Below are positions 1 to 11,049 of a stretch of DNA of 64,000 nt, in pieces (positions within the stretch are counted from its first letter, which is position 1; each line of letters starts with the position of its first letter). Position numbers and translations under genes: made by a program. The notes beneath the pieces were generated by a model. The model ran no database searches and was not told the DNA's origin. It saw nothing but the letters and a program-made list of their open reading frames with translations. This DNA comes from an uncultured bacterium (GTDB lineage Bacteria > SAR324 > NAC60-12): contig CBFIJD010000003.1 of assembly GCA_965662845.1 (NCBI GenBank), forward strand, positions 67,427-131,426, written 5' to 3'.

Positions 1-1
1 C

Positions 2-73
2 ATCCGCATGCAGCGCGCGCTGCTGGAGCAGACGCAAATGCAAATTGACCTCAAGGCGCGCCACGGCTCGTGA
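2..73 (+). CDS. 3' end of an unidentified CDS entering from the left edge (IRMQRALLEQTQMQIDLKARHGS*)
   Basis: Frame 2 is open from the window edge to TGA at 71-73 with genome-like codon usage; converges on the CYTH gene. Confidence 0.4.
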   Translation: MRMQRALLEQTQMQIDLKARHGS

Positions 74-104
74 CCGCCGCCTCCGGCTTCGACGCCAGAA
101 CACA

Positions 105-581
105 TCACGCTTCGTTTTTCCACTTGGAATAGGGGTTCTGGATCAAGTTGATATTGAGATAGCGCGCGTCGTGACTGACTTCTGCGCCTAGCCACGCCGG
201 TTGAGCGAACGCTTGATCCTCGCTGGTAAGCTCAATCTCGGCCACAACGAGCCCTTCATTCTCGCCGTGGAACTCATCCACTTCCCAGAGCATCCCCTCA
301 AATTGGACCTCATATCGTGTCTTCTCAATCAGCGGTCGCTCACAGAGTTCGTCCAGCAAATGCTGCGCGTCTTTCACAGGAATAGGATATTCATACTCCA
401 CCCGTGAGAGTGTGGACTTGGCTCCTTTGATGTTCAACATCGCGGTTTGACCGCTGACCCGCACCCGCACCGAACGCGACGAATCCCGGCTCAGATACCC
501 CTGCCGATACAGCGTACCGACCGCATTTTGTTTCCAGTCCTCATTGCAAGTGAGAAACTTGCGCTCAATTTCAAAGCCCAT
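105..581 (-). CDS. CYTH domain protein (inorganic triphosphatase / class IV adenylate cyclase-like)
   Basis: N-terminal EIERKF (ExExK) motif, RVR, EYEY, IEKTRY, WEVDEF, AEIEL. Confidence 0.93.
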   Translation of the reverse strand: MGFEIERKFLTCNEDWKQNAVGTLYRQGYLSRDSSRSVRVRVSGQTAMLNIKGAKSTLSRVEYEYPIPVKDAQHLLDELCERPLIEKTRYEVQFEGMLWEVDEFHGENEGLVVAEIELTSEDQAFAQPAWLGAEVSHDARYLNINLIQNPYSKWKNEA

Positions 582-593
582 GTGATAGTGCAG

Positions 594-1982
594 TTAAACG
601 GTTTGAGAATAATGCGCGGCGGCTTGCCCGAGGTAGCGATCAAACGGTGCAGCCAGATTGCGCAAAAAGAGTTGTCCGAGCGGTTTCACTTGAAGCGCTG
701 CGGCTTCTTCTTGCAGCAAGCCATCGCGCACAAAGGGTTGTAGAGCGTGCAAAGACTCCGCGAAATATTCACGAAACCGCACGTGGTAGCGTGTTTCGAA
801 CGGCTCAAATTCAAGCCGACCGTGACACATCAGCGTTTCAATCACTTCTCGGCGCAAGCAATCGTCCTTGTCGAGCGCCTTGTGCACGACGGGGACCGGC
901 TGCTGCTGTTGCCAATGTTCTAAGTAGCGCGTCAGCTCCTTTTCATTTTGGAAATATCCGTTGCCAAAATCCGAAATCGCCGAGACACCCACCCCAAGCT
1001 GTGAGAGGCCTCTCAGAGTTGTGTATCCCATGAAATTCCGGTGCAAAGTGTGCTCGCGCGCTGCCAGCGCCAGCTCATCTTCTGGAACCGCGTAGTGGTC
1101 CATTCCAATCATCTCGTAACCTGCCGACGTGAAAGTCCGAATTGCCTGCAAATGTAGCGAGAGTTTGTCTGCGGTGGACGGCAAGTCCGTTGCGTGGATC
1201 GCGCGTTCGTGGGTGCGGAACAATCCGGGGATGTAAGCAAAACTATAAACCGCGAGGCGTTCGGGGCGCATCTGCACCACCTCATTTAGGGTGTGCGCAA
1301 AGCGTTCAGCAGTTTGGTGTGGCAGCCCATAAACAAGGTCAATGTTCACGCTCTGAAAGCCCAGCTCGCGGGCGTCGTTCAGGGTTTGCCATGTCTGCTC
1401 AGCCGTCTGAAACCGGTTGATGGCCTGCTGCACCTCAGGATTGAGGTCTTGCACCCCTAGGCTGATGCGATGGAATCCAACCTCTGCCAGCCAGGCGAGC
1501 TGCGCGCGTTGCGTCACACCAGGGTGCACCTCTAAGGCCAGCTCAGCCTCTGGCGCAATCTCGAAGTGTTCGGTAATCGCTTGCCACACGCGCTGTAACT
1601 GGGTCACGGTCAAGTATGTGGGCGTTCCGCCGCCAAAGTGGACTTGCGCGAGCGAGCGGCGCTCTCCAAGCTGGGACGCTACCCAGCGCACCTCATAGGT
1701 CAGCGCGTCGAGGTATTCATCCATCAACGAGCGGTTGTTGGTGATGTGTTTGTTGCAACCACAGAACGTACAGAGCCTGCGACAAAACGGCAGGTGGACA
1801 TATAAAGAAAGCGGCGCAGCGGTTAGACTTTCTTGCTGAAGAAAGCGCTGCAGTTCATTGGCAAACTGGCCACTTTGCCAGTTGGGGACCGTGGGATAGC
1901 TGGTGTAGCGGGGGCCGGACTGGTTGAGGCGTTCGATCAAGTCCGGCGTCAGGGCTTCAAGGACTTCAGAGGTGAGGCGCAT
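594..1982 (-). CDS. hemN: Oxygen-independent coproporphyrinogen III oxidase (radical SAM)
   Basis: GPRYTSYP, YVHLPFCxxxCxFCGC, GGGTPT, RNFMGYT; ATG overlaps the upstream stop (TGATG). Confidence 0.95.
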   Translation of the reverse strand: MRLTSEVLEALTPDLIERLNQSGPRYTSYPTVPNWQSGQFANELQRFLQQESLTAAPLSLYVHLPFCRRLCTFCGCNKHITNNRSLMDEYLDALTYEVRWVASQLGERRSLAQVHFGGGTPTYLTVTQLQRVWQAITEHFEIAPEAELALEVHPGVTQRAQLAWLAEVGFHRISLGVQDLNPEVQQAINRFQTAEQTWQTLNDARELGFQSVNIDLVYGLPHQTAERFAHTLNEVVQMRPERLAVYSFAYIPGLFRTHERAIHATDLPSTADKLSLHLQAIRTFTSAGYEMIGMDHYAVPEDELALAAREHTLHRNFMGYTTLRGLSQLGVGVSAISDFGNGYFQNEKELTRYLEHWQQQQPVPVVHKALDKDDCLRREVIETLMCHGRLEFEPFETRYHVRFREYFAESLHALQPFVRDGLLQEEAAALQVKPLGQLFLRNLAAPFDRYLGQAAAHYSQTV

Positions 1983-3058
1983 CAATCTACGGTTTGCATG
2001 CTAAGGCGGAAGAAGTAGCTCCCATCTGCGGAGGCTTCAACTTCAAGGTTCCCCTGCAGATGCTGCAAGATTTTTTGTACGACCGGCAGACCCAGGCCGT
2101 GACCCGTGGGTCGAATGGTCTGGAGTTCGGCATACGCGGTGAGGTTTCGCTCTTCTTCACTCAGATGAATGCCGCCGCGCTCTTCCACAATGGTGTATTC
2201 CACACGGCTCAGGTTGTTCTCACTGTTGAGGCGAATCACGGGGTCTTCTTCGACCGAAAACTGCATCGCCATATAGAGTAAATTGACCAAGACCTCCTCG
2301 ACCCACGGCGCGTATCCGCTGACGGGGATCCACTCTGCTGGCGGTTCAATCGTCGCGTTGTGTTCGATGATCGCCAACTTCAAGCGATCTTGTGCCTTGC
2401 GTACGGCGCGCTCCATGTCTACCTTACGCGACTTCACCTGCTTGGTGCGCAGTCCTTTGAGCAGCAACAGTTCGTCAATCATGTTGCTCGCATTGAATGA
2501 AGAGCGGTACACATTCGAGAGCATTTTTTGCAAGTGGTCGGCGTCTAATTCCTGATTTTGCGTCATCAGGTAATCCGCGTAGGTCTGGATCGTGGAGAGT
2601 GGGGCGCGCAAGTCATGAGCGACTGTGTGCGAGAAGGCGTCCAGCTCAATGTTGTTTTGGCGCAGCTCTTCTTTAAGGAAGTGCAGATGCAGGTGGTTTC
2701 GGACGCGCGCTTCGACCGTGAGCACTTTCACAGGCTTGGTGATGTAATCCAGCGCGCCCACCTCGAAGGCTTTGACTTCGTCTAGCGGATCTGTCAGCGC
2801 GGTCATGAAGATCACGGGGATGTTGCTCGTCTCGCGGTTCGATTTCAGCAGAGTACAAGTTTCGTAGCCGTCCATATCGGGCATCATGATATCCAGCAGA
2901 ATCAAATCCGGCTTCGTCGCGTGAATCTTATCCAGCGCCGAGCGGCCGCTCACATCGACCAAGACGCGAAAGCCTGCTTCAATCAGGTGGTCGTGTAGAA
3001 CGCTCAGATTCGCAGGAGTGTCGTCCACAATCAGAATCGTGCGTTGTTGCTCATCCAT
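1982..3058 (-). CDS. Receiver domain + HisKA + degenerate HATPase hybrid signalling protein
   Basis: ILIVDD...LLDIMMP...YITKP receiver; H-box FSHTVAHDLRAPL; G2 GHGLGL. Start set at ATG 3058 (GGAGG upstream) because the longer ORF overlaps the helicase. Confidence 0.88.
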   Translation of the reverse strand: MDEQQRTILIVDDTPANLSVLHDHLIEAGFRVLVDVSGRSALDKIHATKPDLILLDIMMPDMDGYETCTLLKSNRETSNIPVIFMTALTDPLDEVKAFEVGALDYITKPVKVLTVEARVRNHLHLHFLKEELRQNNIELDAFSHTVAHDLRAPLSTIQTYADYLMTQNQELDADHLQKMLSNVYRSSFNASNMIDELLLLKGLRTKQVKSRKVDMERAVRKAQDRLKLAIIEHNATIEPPAEWIPVSGYAPWVEEVLVNLLYMAMQFSVEEDPVIRLNSENNLSRVEYTIVEERGGIHLSEEERNLTAYAELQTIRPTGHGLGLPVVQKILQHLQGNLEVEASADGSYFFRLSMQTVD

Positions 3059-3184
3059 ATCGGCCTCCGATGACAATCTAAGGGGGTTGGGGTGCAATTT
3101 GCCGGACACTTGGTTTGCATCGGGCGTACCTGCGAGATTGGGTGCCGAAAATACCCTGCCACCTTCACATTTACAACACGTTTC

Positions 3185-5215
3185 ATGTCTGACTCTATCC
3201 TCACCCCTTTGAATCCTGCCCAACAGGAAATCGTTCAACATCTACAGGGCCCTGCGCTCGTCATTGCTGGCGCAGGCTCGGGCAAAACACGCGTCATCAC
3301 GCATCGTGTGGGACACTTGCTGCGGCACGGCGTCCCCGCTTCCAGCATCTTGTTGCTCACTTTCACCAACAAAGCCGCCCAAGAGATGGCCACGCGCGTT
3401 GCGCAGCTCACCGGCTCTGCGCATGAAAAAGGCCCCCGCCTGCTGCATGGGACCTTTCACAGTATGGCGAGTCGTTTCTTGCGTCGCTACGCCCAAAACG
3501 CGGGTTACGAGCAAAACTTCAGCATCCTCGACAGCTCTGATGCCCAAGACTTGTTGAAAGCGGCGCTCGCGGAAGTCATGGGCAAGACGTCAAAGCATTT
3601 CCCAAACGCAGCCGTGCTCAGCAATGTCTTCTCTAACGCGTTTAACGCCAATTGCTCCGTCGAGCTGCTCGCTGAGAGACCCTATGCAGAGCGTGATTTT
3701 CAGCTGGAAGACTACGTCTTGCGCAGCTCGTACGCCTATCTAGAGCCGCATTTGGAGCCAATGGGGCAGATTCTGCGGAAGTATCGAGAGAAGAAGCGAC
3801 GCAACCAAGTTCTTGATTTTGACGACCTCCTTGAAGGCTGGCTGGACTTGCTCCGCACGCGCTACGACCAGCTGCCGCTGTGCCAACAAATTCAACAAGT
3901 GCTCGTGGATGAGTATCAGGACACCAACCGCATTCAAGCACAAATCTTAGACTTTGTGTCTCGTCCGCACCGCAACTTGATGGTCGTCGGCGACGACGCG
4001 CAATCCATTTACAGTTGGCGAGGAGCCAACTTCCGCAACATCTTAGACTTTCCCGAGCAATACGGCGCCGCGACTTATCGCCTAGAGCAAAATTATCGCA
4101 GCACGCCGCAAATCCTCGAGGTTGCGAACGCCAGCATCAACCAGAACGTCGAGCAATTTGAGAAGCACCTCTTCACCGAGTTGGCAGAAGGGGCGCCGCC
4201 GCAAATCCATCACGTGTGGGATAGCTACGCAGAGGCCGATTTTCTCCTCGAAGCGATCCTGCACTTGCGCGATCAAGACGTGGCGCTCAATGACATGTGC
4301 GTTCTCTATCGAACCCACGCGCAAGCCGCGGTGTTGCAGGTCGCGCTCACCCGCGCTGGGATCCCGTTTCAAATTCATTCGGGTGTCAAATTCTTTGAGC
4401 AAGCCCACATCAAAGACCTGCTCTCTTTTCTGAAGGTCCTCTTCAATCCTCTGGACGAGATCTCGTGGATGCGGGTTCTGAAGATGCTCAATGGCATCGG
4501 CAATGTGACAGCACAAAAGATCTACAACGTGTTCCAAGCACAACAAGCCGTCCGGCTCACCGCGGCCAACGAGGAGTTGCAGCGGCTGGTCCCCGCCAAA
4601 GCACGCGATGACTGGGCGCGCTTGTTGGAGTGCTTTCAGAAGATGCTGGAGCCAGACGTAAAACCCAATCAGATGCTCGAGATTGTCTATCAGCGGCTGT
4701 ATCGCGACATCTTGCTCAACACCTTTGACAACGCTCCACAGCGCGAAGCGGATGTGCACTCTCTGCAAGAATATGCCGCCGGCTACGCTTCGCTAGAGGC
4801 GTTCCTCAATGAGTTGTCTCTGCTCGGCAATGCCATGGTCACAGATCAAGCGGCGCGTGAGTGGGAAGAGCAAGAGACCCTGACCTTGACGACGATCCAT
4901 CAGGCCAAAGGGCTCGAGTGGGAAGCGGTGTTCTTGATTGGCCTGACCGAAGGTTTGTTTCCACATCAGCGTAGTTTAGACCGCGCGGAGCAGATCGAAG
5001 AAGAGCGACGGCTGTTCTATGTGGCGCTCACTCGAGCAAAGCGGCATTTGTGTGTTACCGCCCCAGCGATCGCTTCTAGCTATCAAGGGCCCAGCCACAA
5101 CGGGCGCTCCCGATTTCTCGAAGAGTTGCCCGACGATTTGGTGGAACGCGTAGTTCATGAGCCCTCATATTCCAGCGGTGGAGGCCGCAGCCCACACGCC
5201 CGCTTTGAGTTTTAG
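3185..5215 (+). CDS. UvrD/PcrA/Rep family ATP-dependent DNA helicase
   Basis: LNPAQ Q motif, AGAGSGKT, TFTNKAA, VDEYQD, VGDDAQSIYSWRGA, NYRS, TIHQAKGLE, EERRLFYVALTRA. Start set at ATG 3185. Confidence 0.95.
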   Translation: MSDSILTPLNPAQQEIVQHLQGPALVIAGAGSGKTRVITHRVGHLLRHGVPASSILLLTFTNKAAQEMATRVAQLTGSAHEKGPRLLHGTFHSMASRFLRRYAQNAGYEQNFSILDSSDAQDLLKAALAEVMGKTSKHFPNAAVLSNVFSNAFNANCSVELLAERPYAERDFQLEDYVLRSSYAYLEPHLEPMGQILRKYREKKRRNQVLDFDDLLEGWLDLLRTRYDQLPLCQQIQQVLVDEYQDTNRIQAQILDFVSRPHRNLMVVGDDAQSIYSWRGANFRNILDFPEQYGAATYRLEQNYRSTPQILEVANASINQNVEQFEKHLFTELAEGAPPQIHHVWDSYAEADFLLEAILHLRDQDVALNDMCVLYRTHAQAAVLQVALTRAGIPFQIHSGVKFFEQAHIKDLLSFLKVLFNPLDEISWMRVLKMLNGIGNVTAQKIYNVFQAQQAVRLTAANEELQRLVPAKARDDWARLLECFQKMLEPDVKPNQMLEIVYQRLYRDILLNTFDNAPQREADVHSLQEYAAGYASLEAFLNELSLLGNAMVTDQAAREWEEQETLTLTTIHQAKGLEWEAVFLIGLTEGLFPHQRSLDRAEQIEEERRLFYVALTRAKRHLCVTAPAIASSYQGPSHNGRSRFLEELPDDLVERVVHEPSYSSGGGRSPHARFEF

Positions 5216-5228
5216 TCGGAAAAATCAG

Positions 5229-5257
5229 TCGACAAGCACAGACAAAAGTGTTATCAG
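5229..5257 (+). promoter_or_regulatory. Putative sigma70 promoter of the rimP-nusA-infB operon
   Basis: TCGACA-17 nt-TATCAG with a TG extended -10 in the AT-rich intergenic region. Confidence 0.35.
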
Positions 5258-5299
5258 TTTCAGTTTATCTAAATTCGCTGTTCCTTCGGAACCTTCATC

Positions 5300-5767
5300 A
5301 TGGCCCATCTGCGCGAGCGTCTGCTGCATTTGCTGACCCCTCCAGTTGAACAACTCGGCTACGAAATCCTGCAATTAGATTGGACCCGAGAGGGCAAGGA
5401 TTCTGTGCTTCTGCTGGTCATCGACCACCCTGAGCGCACCGTGAACATCGACGACTGCGTCGCGGTCAACAAGGTCATCGACCCCTTGCTTGATGAAGCC
5501 GATCTGATCTCTAGCGAATATCGTCTAGACGTCTCAACTCCAGGCATTGATCGCCCGCTGTTGCGCCCCGAACACTATGATCGTTTCCGGGGAGAGCGCG
5601 TCGCCGTACTTCTGAAAAGGAGCCAAGGCGGCCACAAACGCTGGACAGGGACCTTGCAGCAGCACGACGAGACATCCGTTGAAATTCTGAGCGAAAACGG
5701 AACCTCGCACCGCTTCGCTTTTCAAGATATCGACAGCGTTCACTTAGATCCGCTGCTCTTCGGCTAA
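5300..5767 (+). CDS. rimP: Ribosome maturation factor RimP
   Basis: IDDC, YRLDVSTPGIDRPL; first gene of the nusA operon. Confidence 0.95.
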   Translation: MAHLRERLLHLLTPPVEQLGYEILQLDWTREGKDSVLLLVIDHPERTVNIDDCVAVNKVIDPLLDEADLISSEYRLDVSTPGIDRPLLRPEHYDRFRGERVAVLLKRSQGGHKRWTGTLQQHDETSVEILSENGTSHRFAFQDIDSVHLDPLLFG

Positions 5768-5806
5768 ACGCCGCCCCGCATTCATCTTTTATCTCTGAGG
5801 TACGGT

Positions 5807-7090
5807 TTGCGAGAGAATTTGCTGGAAGTCATCACCGAAGTTTCCAAGGAAAAAGCCTTAGATCGCGATCACCTTGTCCGCCTTGTCGTCGAAGCGATCG
5901 TGCAAGCCGCAAAGCGCAAACTTCCCTACGAAACGATTGAGGGCAGCTTTAACCCTAAAACCGGACAGATCGAGCTCTTCCAGTATAAAGAAGTCGTCGA
6001 AATCGTCGAAGACGGTGACAATGAAGTCTCGATTGAGGAGGTTCAAGAGATTGACCCTGAGGCCCAGATCGGCGATGAGGTGGAGTATGAAATCAATGAG
6101 AAAGAGTTCAATCGGATCGCGCGCTCAGCTCGCAATATCATCTTCAGCAGCATCCGCGACGCCGAACGCGAGATGATCGTCAACACCTTCGAAAAGCGCG
6201 TGGGAGAAGTTTTGACCGGCACGGTTCTACGCACGGAGAGCAACGGCCGGATCGCGCTCCGCTTTTTGGACAAAACAGACGCTTACCTCTTCCGCCGGGA
6301 ACAGATCCCTGGAGAGACGTTTGGCTACGGTGACCACGTCCGAGTCTATCTCATGGATGTCAACAACAACCCGCAGAAGCCCTCCCAACTCTCTATCTCT
6401 CGCACCCATCCCGGCCTGCTGATCAAATTGTTTGAGATGGAAGTCCCTGAGATTTACGACGGCATTGTCAAGGTCGTGAGCGCGGCGCGAGAGCCGGGGA
6501 AGCGCGCAAAAATCTCGGTTTATGCGACCGATCCCGACGTAGATCCGGTAGGCTCTTGTGTAGGCGTCCGTGGCAGCCGCGTACAAAACATCGTCAACGA
6601 ACTCTACGGCGAAAAAATCGACATCGTCCGCTGGAATGAGAACGTGGTTACCTATGTTACCAACGCGCTCGCCCCCGCAGAGATCGAGAGCATGGACATC
6701 AATGAAGAGGAGCGCGAGATCGACGTCACCGTCCGCTCCGATCAGCTCTCTCTGGCAATTGGCAGCAAAGGACAAAACGTGCGGCTGGCGTCCAAGTTGG
6801 TCAACTACAAAATCAACATCTCCTCCAAAGAGGACAACACGCCCAGCATCGAAGAGCAACTCACCATGGAGTTGGAGCGCGGTCGGGAAGAGCGCGAGCT
6901 ACTGTATTCGGGAATGACCGCAGGGATGCCCGCGGTTGCTGAGGAACTAGCTACCCCAGAACCTGCCGAAGTTGTTGACACAACCGAAGAGGCGCCCCAC
7001 GCCGCAGAAGAGGTTGCCACTAATTCCCCAGAGAGCGCTCCCGAAGACGAACCCTCTGAAACCGCAATTCCCACCCCGGAAACCCCCTGA
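5807..7090 (+). CDS. nusA: Transcription termination/antitermination factor NusA
   Basis: SRTHP, FEMEVPEI, AREPGKRAKI, DPVGSCVGVRGSR, LAIGSKGQNVRLA; TTG start with GAGG RBS. Confidence 0.97.
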   Translation: MRENLLEVITEVSKEKALDRDHLVRLVVEAIVQAAKRKLPYETIEGSFNPKTGQIELFQYKEVVEIVEDGDNEVSIEEVQEIDPEAQIGDEVEYEINEKEFNRIARSARNIIFSSIRDAEREMIVNTFEKRVGEVLTGTVLRTESNGRIALRFLDKTDAYLFRREQIPGETFGYGDHVRVYLMDVNNNPQKPSQLSISRTHPGLLIKLFEMEVPEIYDGIVKVVSAAREPGKRAKISVYATDPDVDPVGSCVGVRGSRVQNIVNELYGEKIDIVRWNENVVTYVTNALAPAEIESMDINEEEREIDVTVRSDQLSLAIGSKGQNVRLASKLVNYKINISSKEDNTPSIEEQLTMELERGREERELLYSGMTAGMPAVAEELATPEPAEVVDTTEEAPHAAEEVATNSPESAPEDEPSETAIPTPETP

Positions 7091-7113
7091 AACACTCAAC
7101 CCAACCAGACCCT

Positions 7114-9780
7114 ATGTCCAATATGAGAGTGTTTGAGCTGGCCAAGGAGATGGATATGCCAGCCAAACAACTGCTCCAGCGCATCAAAAAAATCGGCATC
7201 CCCGTCTCCAGCAACTTCAACGCACTCACTGACGAGCAGATCGCGCTGATCCGCAAAAAAATCGGGGGCGCCGCGAGCACCGCCGCACAAAACAAACACA
7301 CCGGCACCGGCATGAGCCGTGTCATCTCCACTCGTGGCCCTGAAGGCTCTGTGACTGAAACACGAGAGATTGAAGGTGATGCGCTCATCGGAGGGAAACG
7401 CCCACGGCGCATTCGCCGCAAGCGCAACGAAGAAGAGTTGGAAAGCACCACGACGACCGACGCAGCCGAAACCTCAACAGCCGAAACCGTCGAAACGACA
7501 GAAATGCCGAACGTCGAGGTCGCGACAGAAGCAGAGCCGATCACTCCAACCACTCCGCCACAGGAAGATGAGCCCCCCACAGACCCGTCTCCTGAAGCAG
7601 AAGCCAACGCCACTGCAGAAGCAGCCTCAGAGGCGCCCCCAGAAGCAGAGCCTCTGCCGGCAGCAGACACAGCAGCCCCCCCAGCAGAACCAAGCGCTCC
7701 GGCGAGCGCTCCTGCCGCAGAAACTCTCCAGCCTCCAACAGCAGCGGAAGACAAGAAAGAGACCGAGAGTGAGGCCGAGCGAAAACAGCGAGAACGCAAA
7801 TCAGAGAAGAAAGGCAGCAAGCATCGCCACCGCTCCAAAGCGGAAGAAGAGGAAGAGCAACGACAAGCAGAACGCCGACGTGCCCGCAAAGACGCTCCAC
7901 CACCAATCGTCCCAACCGCGATCAGCGAGGACTCCGAAGAAGAGCTTCCACGGAGAAAACAACGCAAATCGGAGAAGCGACGTGACCGTCGTGGCCGAGA
8001 GATCACGCAAGAGAAGCATGTCTTCAACCCCCGCAAAAAGAGCATCAAGATCGGGAATCACGTCACTGTGGGTGAGTTGGCCAGCCTGATCGGCATCAAA
8101 GTCCCTGAGATCCTCAAGAAATTGATGGCGAACGGCATCATGGCCAACATCAACCAGAGCATCCCAGGCGAGACCGCCGCGCTCATCGCCACCGACTTTG
8201 ATGTGGAAGTGACCCAAGAGACCGTCAACATTGAAGATGTCCTCACAGAGAAAGACTCCGGTGAAGACCTCCGGGAACGCGCGCCCATCGTCACCATCAT
8301 GGGGCACGTCGATCACGGGAAGACCTCTCTGCTTGATAAAATTCGCTCTGCTAAAGTCACCGAAGGCGAAGCCGGTGGGATCACCCAACACATCGGCGCC
8401 TACCACGTCGAGCACAACGAGCACAACATCACCTTCTTGGATACTCCGGGCCACGAGGCTTTCACCGCGATGCGCGCCCGCGGCGCGAATGTGACCGACA
8501 TTGTCGTGCTCGTTGTCGCTGCTGACGACCGCGTCCAGCCTCAAACCGTGGAAGCCATCCACCACGCCCAGGCCGCGGAAGTCCCCATCATCGTCGCGGT
8601 CAACAAAGTCGATAAACCCGACGCCAATCCGCAGAAAATCGAACAAGAGCTCTTGGAGCACAACCTCGTCTCCGAACAGCTTGGGGGAGACACGATTCTC
8701 GTGCCCGTCTCTGCGAAGAGCGGCGAAGGAATCGACAACCTCCTTGAGATGATTCTGCTACAAGCCGAAGTCCTAGAATTGAAGGCTTTCCACGGAGGTC
8801 TGGGGCGCGGCACAATTATCGAATCCCACGTCAGCCGAGGCAAAGGCGCGGTCGGCACGGTGCTGATCCAGCGAGGGACTCTGCGCGTGGGCGACTTCTT
8901 CCTCGTCGGCACCACCTGCGGTCGTGTGCGCGCAATGTATGATGATCATGGCCACCCGCTCAAAGAGAGCTTCCCTGCGATTCCTGTGGAGATCACCGGA
9001 TTCGACAGCGTCCCAGCCACCGGAGAGACACTGGTGGTCATGGAAGACGAAAAAATGGCGCGCCAGATTGTGCAGCAACGCCTCGAAGAACATAAGCAAG
9101 CCAACGCGAGCCAACTGCAAAAAACGAATCTGGAGAACATCTTCAGTCGCTTGGAAGAAACGGGCAGTGTTGAGCTCAATCTGCTCCTCAAAGCCGACGT
9201 GCAAGGCTCTGTCGAAGCGCTGAAAAACTCGCTCTCTCAGCTGGGGAACGAACAGGTGTCCGTGCGGTTCATTCACACAGGCGTGGGCAGCGTGACCGAG
9301 ACAGACGTCGTCTTGGCCTCTGCCTCGGACGCGATCATCATCGCGTTCAACGTCACCGCCGATGCCAAAGCCCGAGAAGCCCGCTCTCGAGAAGGCGTTG
9401 ACATGCGCTTGTATGACGTCATCTACAACGCGATTGACGATGTGAAAGCCGCCTTGGAGGGCATGCTTGCTCCAGAAATCCGCGAAGAAGTCATCGGCCA
9501 CGCGCGTGTTGATAAGATCTTCAACGCTAACAAGCTGGGCATGATCCTCGGTTGTCTGGTCACAGATGGGAAGATCCTGCGCGGGGCCTACGCGCGCATC
9601 TCTCGCGGCGAAGAGATGATCCACGAGGGACAAATCGCCTCGCTCAAACGCTTCAAAGATGACGTTAAGGAAGTCACTCAGAACTACGAGTGTGGGATCG
9701 TCTTGGATTTCCAAGAGGCCGCCGAAGGGGACATCATTGAGGCCTATATTCAGGTCGAAGAATCCGCGACTCTGAGCTGA
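7114..9780 (+). CDS. infB: Translation initiation factor IF-2
   Basis: [10 protein letters not shown]-terminus, [36 protein letters not shown]. Confidence 0.98.
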   Translation: MSNMRVFELAKEMDMPAKQLLQRIKKIGIPVSSNFNALTDEQIALIRKKIGGAASTAAQNKHTGTGMSRVISTRGPEGSVTETREIEGDALIGGKRPRRIRRKRNEEELESTTTTDAAETSTAETVETTEMPNVEVATEAEPITPTTPPQEDEPPTDPSPEAEANATAEAASEAPPEAEPLPAADTAAPPAEPSAPASAPAAETLQPPTAAEDKKETESEAERKQRERKSEKKGSKHRHRSKAEEEEEQRQAERRRARKDAPPPIVPTAISEDSEEELPRRKQRKSEKRRDRRGREITQEKHVFNPRKKSIKIGNHVTVGELASLIGIKVPEILKKLMANGIMANINQSIPGETAALIATDFDVEVTQETVNIEDVLTEKDSGEDLRERAPIVTIMGHVDHGKTSLLDKIRSAKVTEGEAGGITQHIGAYHVEHNEHNITFLDTPGHEAFTAMRARGANVTDIVVLVVAADDRVQPQTVEAIHHAQAAEVPIIVAVNKVDKPDANPQKIEQELLEHNLVSEQLGGDTILVPVSAKSGEGIDNLLEMILLQAEVLELKAFHGGLGRGTIIESHVSRGKGAVGTVLIQRGTLRVGDFFLVGTTCGRVRAMYDDHGHPLKESFPAIPVEITGFDSVPATGETLVVMEDEKMARQIVQQRLEEHKQANASQLQKTNLENIFSRLEETGSVELNLLLKADVQGSVEALKNSLSQLGNEQVSVRFIHTGVGSVTETDVVLASASDAIIIAFNVTADAKAREARSREGVDMRLYDVIYNAIDDVKAALEGMLAPEIREEVIGHARVDKIFNANKLGMILGCLVTDGKILRGAYARISRGEEMIHEGQIASLKRFKDDVKEVTQNYECGIVLDFQEAAEGDIIEAYIQVEESATLS

Positions 9781-9781
9781 G

Positions 9782-10159
9782 ATGCGAGCACGCAAAGACT
9801 CTCCTACAGGAGTCCTCATCCAGCGCAAACTCGCCGAGATTCTCTTGCGCGAGAGCAAGGATCCACGCTTTCAGCAGGTCACCATCAGTCGCGTAGAGGC
9901 CGCTCGAGACAACTCCTTCGCCAAAGTGTATGTCTCCATGTTTCCCAGTGATCACGCCGAGGCAGTGGTCACTTCGCTCAATCGGGCGGCAGGGTTCTTC
10001 AGCCACCGCCTAGGCAAAGCCTTGTCGACACGGAATACGCCCAAGCTGCAATTTCATTTTGATGCGGGATTTGACTACAGCGTGGAACTCGAGCAGACGC
10101 TGCGCAAAGTAAACACGCCCGAAGACGAAGCCTCCCATGCTCCGGATTCTGAACATTGA
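9782..10159 (+). CDS. rbfA: Ribosome-binding factor A
   Basis: KDPR, AKVYVS, AAGF, TPKLQFHFD; follows infB. Confidence 0.92.
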   Translation: MRARKDSPTGVLIQRKLAEILLRESKDPRFQQVTISRVEAARDNSFAKVYVSMFPSDHAEAVVTSLNRAAGFFSHRLGKALSTRNTPKLQFHFDAGFDYSVELEQTLRKVNTPEDEASHAPDSEH

Positions 10160-11036
10160 CAAGCCCGTTGGGTGGACCTCTTTCGACGTTGTGCGCTTCT
10201 TGCGTCGTCACTTTCAGGAAAAAAAAGCAGGGCACTTAGGGACCTTAGACCCGTTGGCTTCAGGAGTTCTGCCCGTTTTTTTAGGAAAAGCGACGAAGTT
10301 GATTTCGCTGTTCAATGAACAAGACAAAGTGTATCGTGCGACCCTTCGTTTTGGCGTGCGCACCGATACTTTCGACGCCGAGGGACAGATTCTTGAAGAA
10401 CGCGATGCGTCCCAACTCACAGAGCACCAAGTCCTCCGCTGGCTGCAGACCCATGAGGGCTGGCAAGAACAAGCAACGCCTGCGTATTCTGCGGTCAAGA
10501 TCAACGGGGTGCCGGCCTACGAGCTGGCACGCCGAGGCCACACCGTAGAGACCAAGTCGCGGCGCGTCTGTTTGGAAGCTCTGCGCTTAGAGCGGTTCAC
10601 GGCGCCCGATGCAGAGATTACCGTGCACTGCTCCAAGGGGACTTACATCCGCGCGCTCGCCGAGCAGATCGGCCAAGACCTCGGCGTCGGCGCTCACTTG
10701 ATCGCGCTGCGGCGCTTAGGCTGCGGCCTCACCTTTCAGATTGAAGACGCCATCTCGCCTGACGAGCTTGCGCAACACGATTCGCCGCTGATAGACCCCG
10801 CGCGGGTTCTTCAAACCTTTCCAAAGCTGCAACTGTCTCCTGCAGACCGCGGAAAAATCGCTCAGGGACAGGCTGTGCGGGTTCCTTCGCCATTACCCCA
10901 GCAGACTGTCTCACTTGGTTCTACTACAAACGACTGGTATCAAGTCGGCGACGAAACACCGGAAATCTGGGCCCTAGGCTGCCTCCGGCAAGATGCGCAC
11001 GGATACCTCTTCCAACCGAACAAAGTTTTGATTTGA
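10137..11036 (+). CDS. truB: tRNA pseudouridine(55) synthase
   Basis: [38 protein letters not shown]. Confidence 0.96.
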   Translation: MLRILNIDKPVGWTSFDVVRFLRRHFQEKKAGHLGTLDPLASGVLPVFLGKATKLISLFNEQDKVYRATLRFGVRTDTFDAEGQILEERDASQLTEHQVLRWLQTHEGWQEQATPAYSAVKINGVPAYELARRGHTVETKSRRVCLEALRLERFTAPDAEITVHCSKGTYIRALAEQIGQDLGVGAHLIALRRLGCGLTFQIEDAISPDELAQHDSPLIDPARVLQTFPKLQLSPADRGKIAQGQAVRVPSPLPQQTVSLGSTTNDWYQVGDETPEIWALGCLRQDAHGYLFQPNKVLI

Positions 11037-11049
11037 GGAGTTCTCTCTC

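Noticed and set aside
3059..3241. Apparent head-to-head overlap of the regulator and helicase ORFs (also 44712-44906 and 43537-43842)
   Set aside because: Artefact of longest-ORF start calls; downstream ATGs remove the overlaps.
7020..9858. Long antisense ORFs over infB (likewise over mtnA, scpA and the ABC genes)
   Set aside because: Shadow frames of GC-rich coding sequence with no recognisable motifs.
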